A stretch of 63,931 nt of DNA, the filler included, from Octopus bimaculoides (Eukaryota), in NCBI RefSeq assembly GCF_001194135.2. It is 4 parts of 3 records of this genome, joined end to end, with 100 filler letters (N's around TTAATTAATTAA, not from the genome) between each part and the next. Parts side by side here need not be neighbours in the genome. Positions count along the whole stretch, not along the records: positions 27,502 to 43,892 come from NC_068983.1; positions 43,993 to 62,243 come from NC_068998.1; 2 more parts are not named here. The stretch is one strand, 5' to 3'. Under the pieces are notes generated by a model, which did no database searches, was not told the DNA's origin, and saw nothing but the letters and a program-made list of their open reading frames with translations. Shown here piece after piece: positions 37,922 to 50,559 of this stretch (position 1 is the stretch's first letter; each line of letters starts with the position of its first letter). A program made the translations under genes and the position numbers.

Positions 37922-38614
37922 GTATATATCAGTATATATCAATCTATATTTCGCATTCTGAAGAGATTTACTAAAACTAGTAAATTGAGACGATCATAAA
38001 TGCTACCTTCTTTGTTATCTAATTAAATTAAAGGCATGCCAGTGAAAACGTCGAGTTTCCCCTTGTTATTTACATTCATTTTCTTCTCATATATATATAC
38101 ATATATATATATGTACATATATGCTGTGAGTGATAATTTTCATGTTAACCCCTCAACGTCCGTATCGGTTATCACATTTTACTGCTTTTTCCGCATTTCT
38201 GTCCCTTTTGTACATCAGGTATTTGTACGTGTGTATGTATGTATGTATGTTTGTATCTATCTATCTATCTATGTGTCTATCAATCTATCTATCTATGCAT
38301 GCATGTATGTGTGTATGTACGTATTATGTACTGAAAGACTGACATTCTCAAGTATACGGACACAACTTAATGTAATAAGTACACGTAACAGTTGAGCTAA
38401 ATGCAAAAACTTATAGATTTAACTATTTACACGTTATTATTGTGATTATATTAATATAATTTAACGAATACATACAAGGTGCCTGATGCTAAATATACTA
38501 CATAAAATATTGTAGATAATCCGATCTTTATACCTATAACAATATATCAAAATGAAATGTAACACAATTACTTTCTCTTTCATATTCAACATTCGTCATT
38601 AAAACCGCCAACAG

Positions 38615-38620
38615 TAACAA
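38615..38620 (+). CDS. Candidate 6-nt micro-exon, phase 1-1
   Basis: ctttctctttcatattcaacattcgtcattaaaaccgccaacag|TAACAA|gtaagt. Confidence 0.3.
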
Positions 38621-38735
38621 GTAAGTATATACATACTTCCTTCAATTTGTATATATCTGTCTGCAAATTAAAGCGTCTGTCTATCTGGTATATCTACTAT
38701 TCTAAATTCAATCGAGAACATCGTAAACAAATATA

Positions 38736-38788
<53 letters not shown>

Positions 38789-38897
38789 ATTACTACTACT
38801 ACTACTACTGCTGCTGCTGCTAAATAATAATAATAATGATAATAATGATAATAATAATAATAATAATAATAATGATAATAATAATAATAATAATAAT

Positions 38898-39324
38898 AGT
38901 GAAATCTAAAAACAGAAGCAATTCCTATCATAGTAGGTGCCTTGGGTATAATAAAAAAAATATTCAGACAAATACATAACAAAAACACCAGGACTTACAA
39001 ATATATATAACATACAAAAANNNNNNNNNNNNNNNNNNNNNNNNNNNNNNNNNNNNNNNNNNNNNNNNNNNNNNNNNNNNNNNNNNNNNNNNNNNNNNNN
39101 NNNNNNNNNNNNNNNNNNNNNNNNNNNNNNNNNNNNNNNNNNNNNNNNNNNNNNNNNNNNNNNNNNNNNNNNNNNNNNNNNNNNNNNNNNNNNNNNNNNN
39201 NNNNNNNNNCTATCAACACAGTAACCATAAGAGCATCACAGCAAACCACAGCACATACCCAAGGCACACAGAGCTGTGCTCGGTAGTGAAGTGAAAGCAC
39301 GTTATAAAAATAAAACTACTGAAC

Positions 39325-39416
<92 letters not shown>

Positions 39417-40110
39417 GGATACAAAAATCATCAAGATGAATATAAAGGAAGTTGGGATAGAGCGCCCGGTAGAACTGTTGCAAAAGTTTTGCTTCTTTGG
39501 CACGGTTAGAATAACCAGGAAAGTATTAGATAGCTGAAAAGAACGGATAGCATGGTACCGTAGGCTGCAGGTAGGAAGCTGCTATGCATGACTCCAGGAG
39601 CTCAAACAAAACCTGTGATAAAGAGAAATGATGATGATGATATTAACAGACAAAAATTATGCCTCCTCATTGATATAACTGTCCCAATCGATATGAACGT
39701 ATCTTTCAAGACCTACCAAAAACTGAGCAAGTATAAAGATCTTGAAATAGAAATTGGCAAATGTGGAACCTGAAGACTAAAACAATACCTGTTGTCATAG
39801 ATGCGCTAGGAATGATAGCAAAAGAGGCTGATTGCTACCTAGCTCAGATACCAGGAAACCCCAAAATGGCAGAAATTCAAAAGAAAGTGCTAATGGGAAC
39901 TGTTCATATCCTACGTAAAATACTATGTAATCTAAAAAATCTTAAAACTAACACAAATTTTCTTGTGTTTTCTTAAACATTCTCTAGAACACTATATACA
40001 AAACCAAATATATGGCACCCTAGGCATAACACCAGCATGAGCTTCTGACTTGTTGTCTCTTGAGGTCTTTGGGTGAGACTTGGAGCCAACTTATGCAAAG
40101 CAAAAGTCAA
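38898..40110 (+). mobile_element. Three head-to-tail 5'-truncated RLE-clade (R4/Dong-like) LINE 3' ends separated by microsatellites
   Basis: LKTEAIPIIVGALGII... + UTR + (TAA)n; ...VELLQKFCFFGTVRITRKVLDS* + (TGA)n; CLLIDITVPIDMNVSFKTYQKLSKYKDLEIEI/MWNLKTKTIPVVIDALG...GTVHILRKIL + (TAA)n. Confidence 0.85.
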
Positions 40111-40114
40111 ACAT

Positions 40115-40115
40115 G

Positions 40116-40187
<72 letters not shown>

Positions 40188-40219
40188 CACTACTACCCCC
40201 ACTACTACTACTACTATTG

Positions 40220-40274
<55 letters not shown>

Positions 40275-40279
40275 CGCTG

Positions 40280-40345
<66 letters not shown>

Positions 40346-40360
40346 TTACTATTACCATCA
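40115..40360. repeat. Compound (AAT)n(TAC)n(TGC)n microsatellite, representative of many (AT, AC, AG, AAT, TATG) tracts in the window
   Basis: Directly visible. Confidence 0.95.
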
Positions 40361-41058
40361 CTGCCTTAGGCCTATAAATGCCTTTAATTAAGTTTTTCGT
40401 ATTTGGCATGTATTTTTTATATATTGTTAATACTCTACCCTTTATTTGATTGTTTGCAGAATGATTTTTCCACATCTTATCAAACTAAGCTTTCTTTGAA
40501 ATCAAGTTAGAAAAGAGTAAATACGCCAGAATTCTAGCACTTTCGCGTCATTGCAAGCTTTGTCAGTTGGACAGCGAAAAACATACGTTTTACTGTATTC
40601 CTATCAAGTCAATTCAACGATTATTGAAATATTCATTCTTTGCTAATATATCTGATGTGAAGGCAAGCAATTGCTTAGCATCGTTTTAAAACACGGGATT
40701 TTAACGAGAATAGTGTACATAGGAAGATCAGTCTAAAGAAATTGAATGTCAATTTATGTATTTACATATATGTATATAACTGTAGGTGAGTGTGTGCATG
40801 AATGTGTATGTATATATAGATATGTGTGTGTGTGCGTGTGCGTGTGCATGTGTGTGTGTATTGGAGTAAATGTAATGACAAGCAAGTTAGGCAAGACGAT
40901 ATACAGAATTATTTAATAAAAAAATTTTACATACGTGTGAATATTAAAACGTCCGACTAACACGGAATATAAATGATATCAGGAATTAAAGAGGTTGAGT
41001 GAGGGTTTTACGAAACCTACAGTTGTTTCTGAGGGCTTAGTGGTATATATGTATATGC

Positions 41059-41090
<32 letters not shown>

Positions 41091-41402
41091 ATATATATAT
41101 CTGTATATATTCGTCATGAATTTACAGATTATAACTTTAGCATGCATACAGACACAAGTTAGTCCACAAATGCACTGTAATAGGTGAGATCAAGTGCAAA
41201 ATCTCATTAATATATGCACATCTATTTAAACGATATAGTATTATGATTATAGTAGTTTAAATTAATGAATATATTCAGGAGGAAAGACGTGAAATATAAT
41301 TTTTGATATTATCTAGAAATCATTTTTTTCTATTCTTTATAAGAAATGATTATGAAATATTACTAATTTACTTTTTCTTTTATTTACATTCTTTGACAAA
41401 AG

Positions 41403-41417
41403 TAACAACAGCTAAAG
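41403..41417 (+). CDS. Candidate 15-nt micro-exon (x-T-T-A-K), phase 1-1
   Basis: ttactttttcttttatttacattctttgacaaaag|TAACAACAGCTAAAG|gtgagt. Confidence 0.5.
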
Positions 41418-41632
41418 GTGAGTATCTGCTACACTTTTTCTTTTATAGATAGTAGTGGGATCAGTGAACATTTCACGGAATTAATGGTAAACTTATTGGG
41501 TTATTGCTGAAAACTTTATCAAAACAACCTGAAAGTATAGTCTGTGTTGCGCCTGTATCAAAAGAAAGTTGCTCATCTGCTAATCACTGAAAAGTGAAGG
41601 AAATTGGAATACAATGACTACTTAATGCACTG

Positions 41633-41723
<91 letters not shown>

Positions 41724-42020
41724 TATGCACAGTTTTATCGACTTAATACTCAGCTCTGATTTAATGAATATCCACTCTTTTTTCCCCACTTTCCCCATAA
41801 ACGGAAAAAATTATATTTTGAAATTTACATGGTCACAATTTCATATCTAAAAACAGAAATTGTATGGTAAAAAAAAGTTAAATGTAAAATATAGGGGTAA
41901 CAATTTCACGAGGGTAAAAATTTAATGCAACATGTCATTCTTTGAAAACCACATCGTTGGTAATTTATAAGTGAAGGGAATGGGTCAGAACCAATACGCA
42001 TTTCAATTTGCATACACTTT

Positions 42021-42248
42021 TCAATCCAGTACTTCTTTGCAGAATATGTTCTTCGTGAAAGTTCTCCATCTTCTTTTCCCTTGTTTCTCAGTGTTGATAA
42101 CTTCAACTCTCAAATCAGATAATTTGCGAGCCCTCGAAAATGCAAACTACATCTGACCATGGTTCAGGCGCTTATCCAATGTCTGCCCTTCTGATTGATT
42201 GATAGTCATCGCATATGACAAGCGTACAGGGAACTGGTTTCTTTCTAA
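42021..42248 (-). mobile_element. Helitron RepHel PIF1-helicase C-terminus (pseudogenised)
   Basis: LERNQFPVRLSYAMTINQSEGQTLDKRLNHGQM*FAFSRARKLSDLRVEV...TKNIFCKEVLD* matches PIF1 motifs V/VI (QFPxRLxxAMTINKSQGQTL, HGQLYVAxSR) and the Helitron KNxVxKEVL end. Confidence 0.9.
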
Positions 42249-43455
42249 AGTGAATGGCAAGTGTAGGATACACATGCGTTAAGTGATAGATGATATAAAA
42301 AATTCAATTAAAAAATTGCTTTTTACTATGCACTCAGCATCGCCACTTCCACCACCATCATCTCTCTCCCCCTCTCTCTCTATGACATTCTTTAATCTTA
42401 CCAACAGAACATCACTCCTCTGCTAAAATAATAATATTGCTACCTCTCTTCTATGTCCCTGTCTTTAACTACGATTTTAAACCACGTAAAAAATGTTACG
42501 TTCCCTCCTAACACATGGCGTGCACGCTCTCTCTCCTTCTTTTTCTTTCTCTCTCCTTCTTTTTCATTCTCTCTCTCTTTCCGCTTCACTCTTTGACTTA
42601 TCTTTTTCTCTCTCCTTCTTTTCTTTCTCCTTCTTTACCTCCGATCATGTGATAGCATTATCGACGTAATGACAAGTAACGTTATGACAAGCAGAATTTT
42701 AGAATATTCCTCTCCTTTAATGCACACTTGATATGAAACAATCAATTCCAACGAAATAAAAGGTATAAATGTGCCCCATAGTTTGTGTTATAAAATTAAA
42801 TGTGTATGATTTTTCATTAAGCTACATTCAGTATTTCCAACAATCATGAAAGATTGACTGGTAGAGATGTTACCAGTTCTGGTAAAATTTTCAGGCTCTT
42901 TAATTTGAGCTCTGTATCTCGTCTTAATTTTATTTATGACAAGTACATCGTGATAACATTTCCAAAAGAATGACGTGTGTTTCATTTGCTCGATTTCGGA
43001 AAATGGCATTAATTTGTGGAGTTAGAAACGGGGTTACTATTTGTCCTGTTAACTACATCGGCCGTAGTACTTTACTGGTACATATTTTCTTAAGCCCGAA
43101 ATGAATAAAAGTAAAGTTGACCTTGGCGTATTTGAATTGAAGGTAGAGACGGAATTAATACCGGTAAGCATCTTGCCCAATGCCGCAGATATAATGACAG
43201 CTCACTGCAATACTGAAAATAGTTTCAACTTTTGGCACAAGGGCAGCAATTTCGGGACAGGGACAAGTCCATTACCTCAACCCCAGTGTTCACCTGGAAC
43301 TTATATTATTGACCCCGAAGGAATGAAAGGTCAAGTTCAACTAGGCGGAAGTTGTACTTAGAAGGTAAAGACAATTGAAATGTCGCTAAGCATTTTACTC
43401 GTTGTTCTGACATATCTACCAGCTCACTGCATTTATAACATCACCATCAACAATA

Positions 43456-43552
<97 letters not shown>

Positions 43553-43992
43553 CAACAACAACAACAACAACAAAAGCTATCACGACTTGTGGACATTCTT
43601 GGGGAAATTTCGAACCTGAATTTGTTGCAATTGGAATTCACTTAGATATTCCTTTGCCTGTTTTGTTACTGAGTAAGATGCTTTCATGTTTTGAGACAAG
43701 TTTTAGCATCCAGTCCTCAGAGTTTTTCAGATAGGTGTCTAGGCCAATTGTGGCTACATTCATTGTTTATTATTATTATTACTATTACTATTATTATTAT
43801 TATTATTCAGTAGTTTTATTTTTATAACGTGCTTTCACTTCACTACCGAGCGCAGCTCTGTGCGCCTTGGGTATGTGCTGTGGTTTGCTGTGNNNNNNNN
43901 NNNNNNNNNNNNNNNNNNNNNNNNNNNNNNNNNNNNTTAATTAATTAANNNNNNNNNNNNNNNNNNNNNNNNNNNNNNNNNNNNNNNNNNNN

Positions 43993-44086
<94 letters not shown>

Positions 44087-44579
44087 CCTTTCTACTATAG
44101 GCACGAGGCCTGAAATTTTGGGGACAGGATTAAGTCGATTAGATCAACCCCAGTACTCAACTGGTCCTTATTTTATCGACCCTGAAAGGATGAAAGGTAA
44201 AGTCGACCTTGGCGGAATTTGAACTCAGAATCTAAGGACGGATGAAATGCTGCAAAGCATCTTGCCCAGCATGCTAACAATTCTGCCAGCTCGCTGCTTA
44301 AATAATAATAATAATCTCTTGGTTCCAAGGTACTAAATAATAATAATAATAATAATAATAATAGTCTCAAGGTTCTAAGATACTGCGGACCATACAAGAA
44401 GGAAATCAACCAATTTACAAACCAAAAAACAAAATCAACAAAACAAGAAAATATTTTAAGGGACGCCCTCACAAAATCCTAGGTTAATCTTCTACACCCA
44501 AGGCATCGAGTGTTCTTTCCTAGTTTCATTCCTAATACACAGACCTACTCAACCTCACTAGTTTTGCTACCCTCCTCCA

Positions 44580-45540
44580 TATTTTGTCAAACACAATACA
44601 AAGCATCACCTATCATCCCCCCCTCCACCACCTTCCTCTTTGTGTGGCACTTGAAGAAGCTGATGAGAACTTGACCAAATAGAAAAATACCCATCTTTAA
44701 ACTTTTCAGACATGTTTATCACACAACCTCTTTCGTGGCAGCTACTCTTTCCTAACAAGTTCGTTTTTACAGTAGACTTGGCAGACAACTGAATTCATCA
44801 GATATTCAAAAATAGCTGTTTGATGCAAGCCTATAGAATCCACAGACACTGGAAAATAGAATGCAAGGCAGTTTCATACCTTTGCATCCATCACAGACAG
44901 ATTCAGCTGTTGGCAGTTCCACACCTGTTATTTTGTTATTTTATGAGGTTGACAGAGCACAAATCTTCTTCACTTTAAACAAATTCACTAAACAAGTCAT
45001 CAGTCATCTTAGGATGACTACATGGTCTAAGTACAAATGTACAGTAGAGGTGGAATACTATTTAAGTATTTCAGCTGCTGTCTTGGCTCAATCTTTGTTT
45101 TTTTGCAAATGTAGCAGATGCAACATTATTCTGCCAAGGATTTCTGGAATATGTCCATAGTCCTCGATTCAAAATTCTCCCACAAGAGACTGTTTGGATT
45201 GTTCTTGTCAACGCAAACACAGGATTCCCCCCCCCCACCACCACCACCACCAGCCATTGTCACTCACACTTTCCACTGACCCTCAATAAAAATCAAGAGG
45301 CGTTTTCTTGCTGATGGAATTGTCAAGTTGATGGAATACTGGGAGAGTACAGCAACATGTTAAATGCTGAAGGTGCAACCTTAGTCTATGCTTCACCCTT
45401 GAGCTGCAATAAAACAAACAGAACAAAAGATTTACAAAACTTTTTGTATCCATAGCATACAACGAATACAGCACATGCAGTTTATAACTTCTCCTTTTCT
45501 GCATACTGAACAAGACCATTTCTCTGAAGATACAAGGGCT
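44580..45540 (-). mobile_element. Decayed RTE LINE 3' half with PHD-like Cys cluster
   Basis: Minus-strand KWSCSVCRKG...CIRCMLW resembles the PHD insert I recall in cephalopod RTE ORF2; many stops. Confidence 0.6.
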
Positions 45541-45799
45541 TAGTCCTTTTTACTTACTTAACCCTTTAGCATTCAGATTATTTTCTCAAATGTAATGCTT
45601 ATTTATTCACATTGTTTTCAATTATCATTTAAATTCTTGTAGCTTCAAGATTTTAATAATATTATTGTATATTTTTAGAATATCATTGTAAGGTTAGTGT
45701 AAGAGAGGGAATCTTACCGATTTGAGTGTAAAACAGGTGGAATATTTGGGCCAAATATGGGTAGCCTTTTCTTCTGCCAGATCTTGTTGGTTTTGAATT

Positions 45800-46690
45800 G
45801 TCATCTCTGCTTTTTTCTAGGTAGGGATGATGGCCCTACGCAAACCCATTTTTACCTCTGGGAAGACGTAATCCATATTAGTCTGGCCTTTGTCCTGCAA
45901 CCTGTCCATCATAGGAACCCCAACAAGAGCTTACATTTCACTGGCATAACACTCAAGGTCATTCAGACACTACACTGCAACAAAGACTAGACTTTGTAAT
46001 GGTCCTGTCTTCTTTCATAGTAAAACCTTAAACTTTGCTAAGTTTACCTTGAGGTTTCTTGATTTTAGTTCCAGTTTCCGTGCCTGAAATTTCCCTTCTA
46101 GTTCCCTTAAAAACTCAGCCAAGCATACAGAAGATATCATGGACAACTTGTTTCAGACTCCTTTTGAATGGCCTGTAGGACTGTGATAAACAGAAGTGGG
46201 ACTGAGGAGGAGTGGTTTGTGTAAACATCTTCAGCAAGGGAAAAGGAGAAGATTCAGTGGACATGCAACAAGAACATTGAGAACCCGGACGTTAGAGAAG
46301 TTGTTAGACATGGAGAACACCCAGAATAAAGAGAGTCTAACTCATGTTGACCTTACAGAAGGACAGCAGTTTAAGTTGACAGCAGTTTGGTAGATGAAGC
46401 GATTAAGGACTTCAATGTAGGGAAAGCTGACGGCCCATCAGAGATAGTTGCTGAGATTATTAAGATATTTGGAGAGGTAAGTTACATGATAACCACCCAG
46501 ATAGTAAATCATGTTACATAAGGTGTCATACCTAAGTATTTAAGTAGCAGGAGATGCCTTAGGGGGAGGAAATTGTTGGATAAGGTTTTGAAGATTGCCA
46601 GAAGAGTCATAATGCAATTGATCTGAAGCAGAGTTAACTTATGTGAAATGCAGTCTGGCTTCATGGTACATGGTATAGATGATCTGTGAT
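45800..46690 (+). mobile_element. Decayed RTE LINE, endonuclease end to RT start
   Basis: DSSLVDEAIKDFNVGKADGPSEIVAEIIKIFG...SRVNLCEMQSGF. Confidence 0.7.
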
Positions 46691-48204
46691 TCAAAACTTT
46701 CAGATGATCTGATACTCAACACTGTTAGATCATTTGGTACCTATTATAGTTAGATAAGATTATCTGGTACTTAATATTTACATATAATCTGTTAGCTAAC
46801 ACATTAGATCAGTTGGTACCTGATATCTATCAGTGACAAGTAGGTGCACTGAAGTAGCCTTAAGTATGTCTATATCCTGTTCATACACCCAGTACTTGTA
46901 GTGGATTTGAACTAAAGACATACGAGATGGCAGAGTATACATCTGAGAATTTTAAGGACCAACATTTAGTGCCAAATTCCATGGCATTAAGCAGATAAAA
47001 GATAAATCTCAGGAAAGATTCCCAGATATTTAGAACCAGTCGTTCTCTGTTTGGTGAAGAGGGCTGATGTGGAATAAAGTGCATTACTCTCAAACACATA
47101 GAGCAGGTTTAAACTTACAACTCCTTATCTATGCATTCACTTCAGCTTATCAACAACAAGCCAGTCCCAGGGTCATAGTATTAAATCATCTCTAGATAAG
47201 ACCACTCATTTTCTCTCTATCCCTCTCTCTCTCTCTCTCTCTCTCTGCTAACATTCCCATACCTGCACAGGGTTAGCTATCTTACTGGACAGAATTGAAA
47301 CCCTCAACATACCAGTCACAATAGAATCAACTTTGTTTCACCTCTTTGACGTGTTACCATATTTCTGTTGAGATATTCTGTCATTACTTGAAATTAACGA
47401 AGAACTTAATATAACTTTGTTATTGTTAATTGGTATTTAGATCATGAATTAACACTAAGTTCTGATGGAAGATTTTCATTCAGGACTCTTGAAAACAAGA
47501 TCTTTGTACCACAGAGCCAGGGACGGTCTCAGGCAGGTTGGTATCAAAAGGGTTAAAAATAGGTAAGAAGAAATGAATACTAATAGGGGTTGACTCAATA
47601 CAGTATATCCCTACCCTGTGGAGGCACATGGCTCAGTGGTTAGGGTGTTGGACTCATGATCATAAGATTGTGGCTTCGATTCCTGGACTGGGCGACGTGT
47701 TGTGTTCTTGAGCAAAACACTTCATTTCACGTTGCTCCAGTCCAGACAACTGGTAAAAATGAGTAAATCCTGCAATGGACTGGTGTCCCATGGAAACCGG
47801 GAAACCAGCCCTTATAAGTTGGTATGACTCAAGAATGTAACTTCACCTTTCTTTTTTTGCTCTAAGAAACCATCATCACACCTGTAAACAGGTACTGTCT
47901 TAAGTCCTACAAACTCTAGGACTGGTTGCTCGGTTTCCATGGTTACTCGGTTTTCATGGTTACTCGGTTTCCATGGAGTATAAATGACTGAGATCACAAC
48001 ATTTCCCCCAAAATGAAACCCCAGTCCCTCATATGGTGACTCATTTACAGCTGAGTGGACTGGGCCAACTTCAAATGAAGTTGTTTTTCCCCAAGAACAC
48101 AATGCACCACCCAGTCTGGGGATTGAAACCACGATCTTGAGGCCACATTATCGTAATGTGTCAATCCGCTTTTAGTCACATGGGGGTGGTCAGAATCCTT
48201 CCAC

Positions 48205-48400
48205 AACAGTTCACCACTATCAATTCACCGCAGGGAAAGTTCACCGCCATCAATTCACTGAGAAGAAAGTCCACCGTGAGGAAAGTTTCCTGAGAAAATA
48301 TATCCATAGTATCTCACCATTAATAATTAAAAACTATTTTATTGAAAAAAAAAAAAATGGTGAACTTTCCCTGCAGTGAACTGATGACAGCGAAATTACT
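48205..48400. mobile_element. Short MITE-like element with subterminal repeats (AATTCACCGCAGGGAAAGTTCACC / GGTGAACTTTCCCTGCAGTGAAC)
   Basis: Inverted ~25-bp termini plus tandem CAATTCAC subrepeats. Confidence 0.55.
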
Positions 48401-48528
48401 GGACATGGTCATCTCGTCCAAGAATTGAAACCATAATCGTATGATTATGAGTCAGATAGCTTCACCACAAAGCCATGCACCTCCACGAGAAATAATAATT
48501 AACCTCAATGATTTACATTATTTACAAT

Positions 48529-49300
48529 GGATGGACAGGTGTCCTCACATTGGATGAACAGGTGTCCTCATTTTGGACAGACAGGTGTCCTCACCTTGGG
48601 CAGACAGTGTCTTCACCTTGGATAGGCAGATGTCCTCACCTTGGACAGACACGTGCCCTCACCTTGCACAGACAGGTGTCCTCACTTTGGGCAGACAGGG
48701 TCCTCAACTTGGATAGGCAGATGTCCTCACCTTGGACAGGCACGTGCCCTCACCTTGCACAGACAGGTGTCCTCACCTTGGATGGACTGGTGTCCTCACC
48801 TTGGACAGTCAGGTGTCCTCACCTTGGGCGAACAGGTGCCCTCACCTCGGGCAGACAGGTGTCCTCATCTTGGACGGTCAGATGTCCTCACCTTGGACAG
48901 TCAGATGTCCTCACCTTGGACAGTCAGGTGTCCTCACCGACAGACAGGTGTCCTCACCAACAGACAGGTGTCCTCACCAACAGACAGGTGTCCTCACCTT
49001 GAATAGACAGATGTCTTCACTTTAGGTGGACAGGTGCCCTCACCTTGAATAGACAGATGTCTTCACTTTGGGTGGACAGGTGCCCTCACCCTGGATGGTC
49101 AGGTGTCCTCACCTTGGATAGACAGTAGTCCTCACCGTCAGCGGACAGGTGCCCTCACCTTGGACAGACAGGTGTCCTCACCTTGGGCAGACAGGTGTCC
49201 TCACCTTGGACAGACAGGTGCCCTCAACTTGGACAGACAGGTGCCCTCACCTTAGACGGAGAGGTAATCTCACCTTGGAATGGATAGGTGTTCTCACCTT
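48529..49300. repeat. 23-bp minisatellite (consensus ACAGGTGTCCTCACCTTGGACAG), roughly 33 units
   Basis: Directly visible tandem units, some shortened to 19 bp; no unique spacers. Confidence 0.95.
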
Positions 49301-50559
49301 GTTTGTTGTTATCTTATCACAACCTCTGTTCACTCTTGACATGAATGTCAAGACTGAACAGAAGTAAATAATGGACATAATTCCTCATCGCAAAAACATA
49401 GAATAGTATTATTTCAATGATTCAGTTTCATAAAAATATTAATGCTTCACATTTATCATGTACAGCATTATACAGCAACTTCATGATTCTCTCATCTTTG
49501 TTTTGGTATGTAAAGCCCTGCTTTGCTGAGGAGGTCTAATAAGATTGGAACACATGTCTGAATTTGTCTTCTGTACTTGCATTACCCAGTCCAGGAATCA
49601 AAACCACAATCTTATGATCACAAGTCAGACACCCTAACCACTATGTCATGTGCCTCCACAAGAAATAATAATTAATCTCAATGATTTAGTTTCATTAAAA
49701 ATATTATTATTTCACATCTATCATGTACAGTATCATACAGCAACTTCAGGATTCGATCATCTTTATTTCGGTATGTAAAGTCCTGTTTTGCTGAGGAGGT
49801 CTAATAAGACCAGAACATGTCTGGATTTGTCTCTTGTACTTGCTGAAATAATTAAAATAATATTAGTTATTAAGTTAAAATTATTTCTTCTAGACTACAT
49901 AATTATTTCGTCTTAAATCTTTGATGGTTGCTGTATCGAATATATTTAACATTAAAATTACATTTAGTTTCATGTTGTTGCTACGTTAAATCCCACCAGA
50001 AGTGGCTGGAAGTGTCATTACAGCGGGGCTTAAGAGCGACAGAGAGGGAGAGAGAGAGAGAGAGAAAGAGAGAGAGTTCGACAAATTTCAATGATTAAAG
50101 ATTGACAGTTCCATGAGAGAAAGCAGACAGTCTATAGACATGCAGAGATACAGACAGTCTGCAGTCATATAGACAGACAAAGGCAGATAGACATGTCGAC
50201 AGAAAGGCAGATAGACTATAAACAAACTACAGACATGCAGAAACGAACACAGTGTTTAGGCATGCAACGATAGAAAGTCTACAAGCAGTTTCCAATCAGA
50301 CAGTCAGACAGACAGACAGACAGTCTAAAGACCTGCAGATAGACAAATATCAGCAGTAATTAATAACAGCAGTGGTGAAAGGAAGAGGGACCGAAAGGTG
50401 GAGTGGGTGGATGGGTATTGTATTTATTGAGTGATGGTGTGGCGTACAGAAGAAATGAAGGGCGAAAATAAATAGAATAGTAAATACATCGTTAGTAGAC
50501 GGAATGGGCAGGGTATATATTGCTGAATTATGTACCGGCGGGAATAATCTCGTTGTTTG

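Noticed and set aside
42030-42156. Apparent plus-strand terminal exon for the TIL gene (acceptors at 42029 and 42042; ORF 41971-42156)
   Set aside because: The segment is the antisense of a Helitron PIF1 fragment; exonisation is possible but unsupported.
44600-44790. SEKFKDGYFSIWSS as a possible INPP5A exon (EKFPQDYFPECKWSRKG)
   Set aside because: It lies within the decayed RTE LINE, lacks suitable splice sites, and the similarity is superficial.
48529-49300. CRISPR-like repeat array, or Cys/His-rich ORFs (48508-49002 etc.)
   Set aside because: Units are adjacent with no unique spacers, the host is an animal and there are no cas genes. The ORFs are a by-product of a stop-poor repeat whose 23-bp unit does not keep frame.
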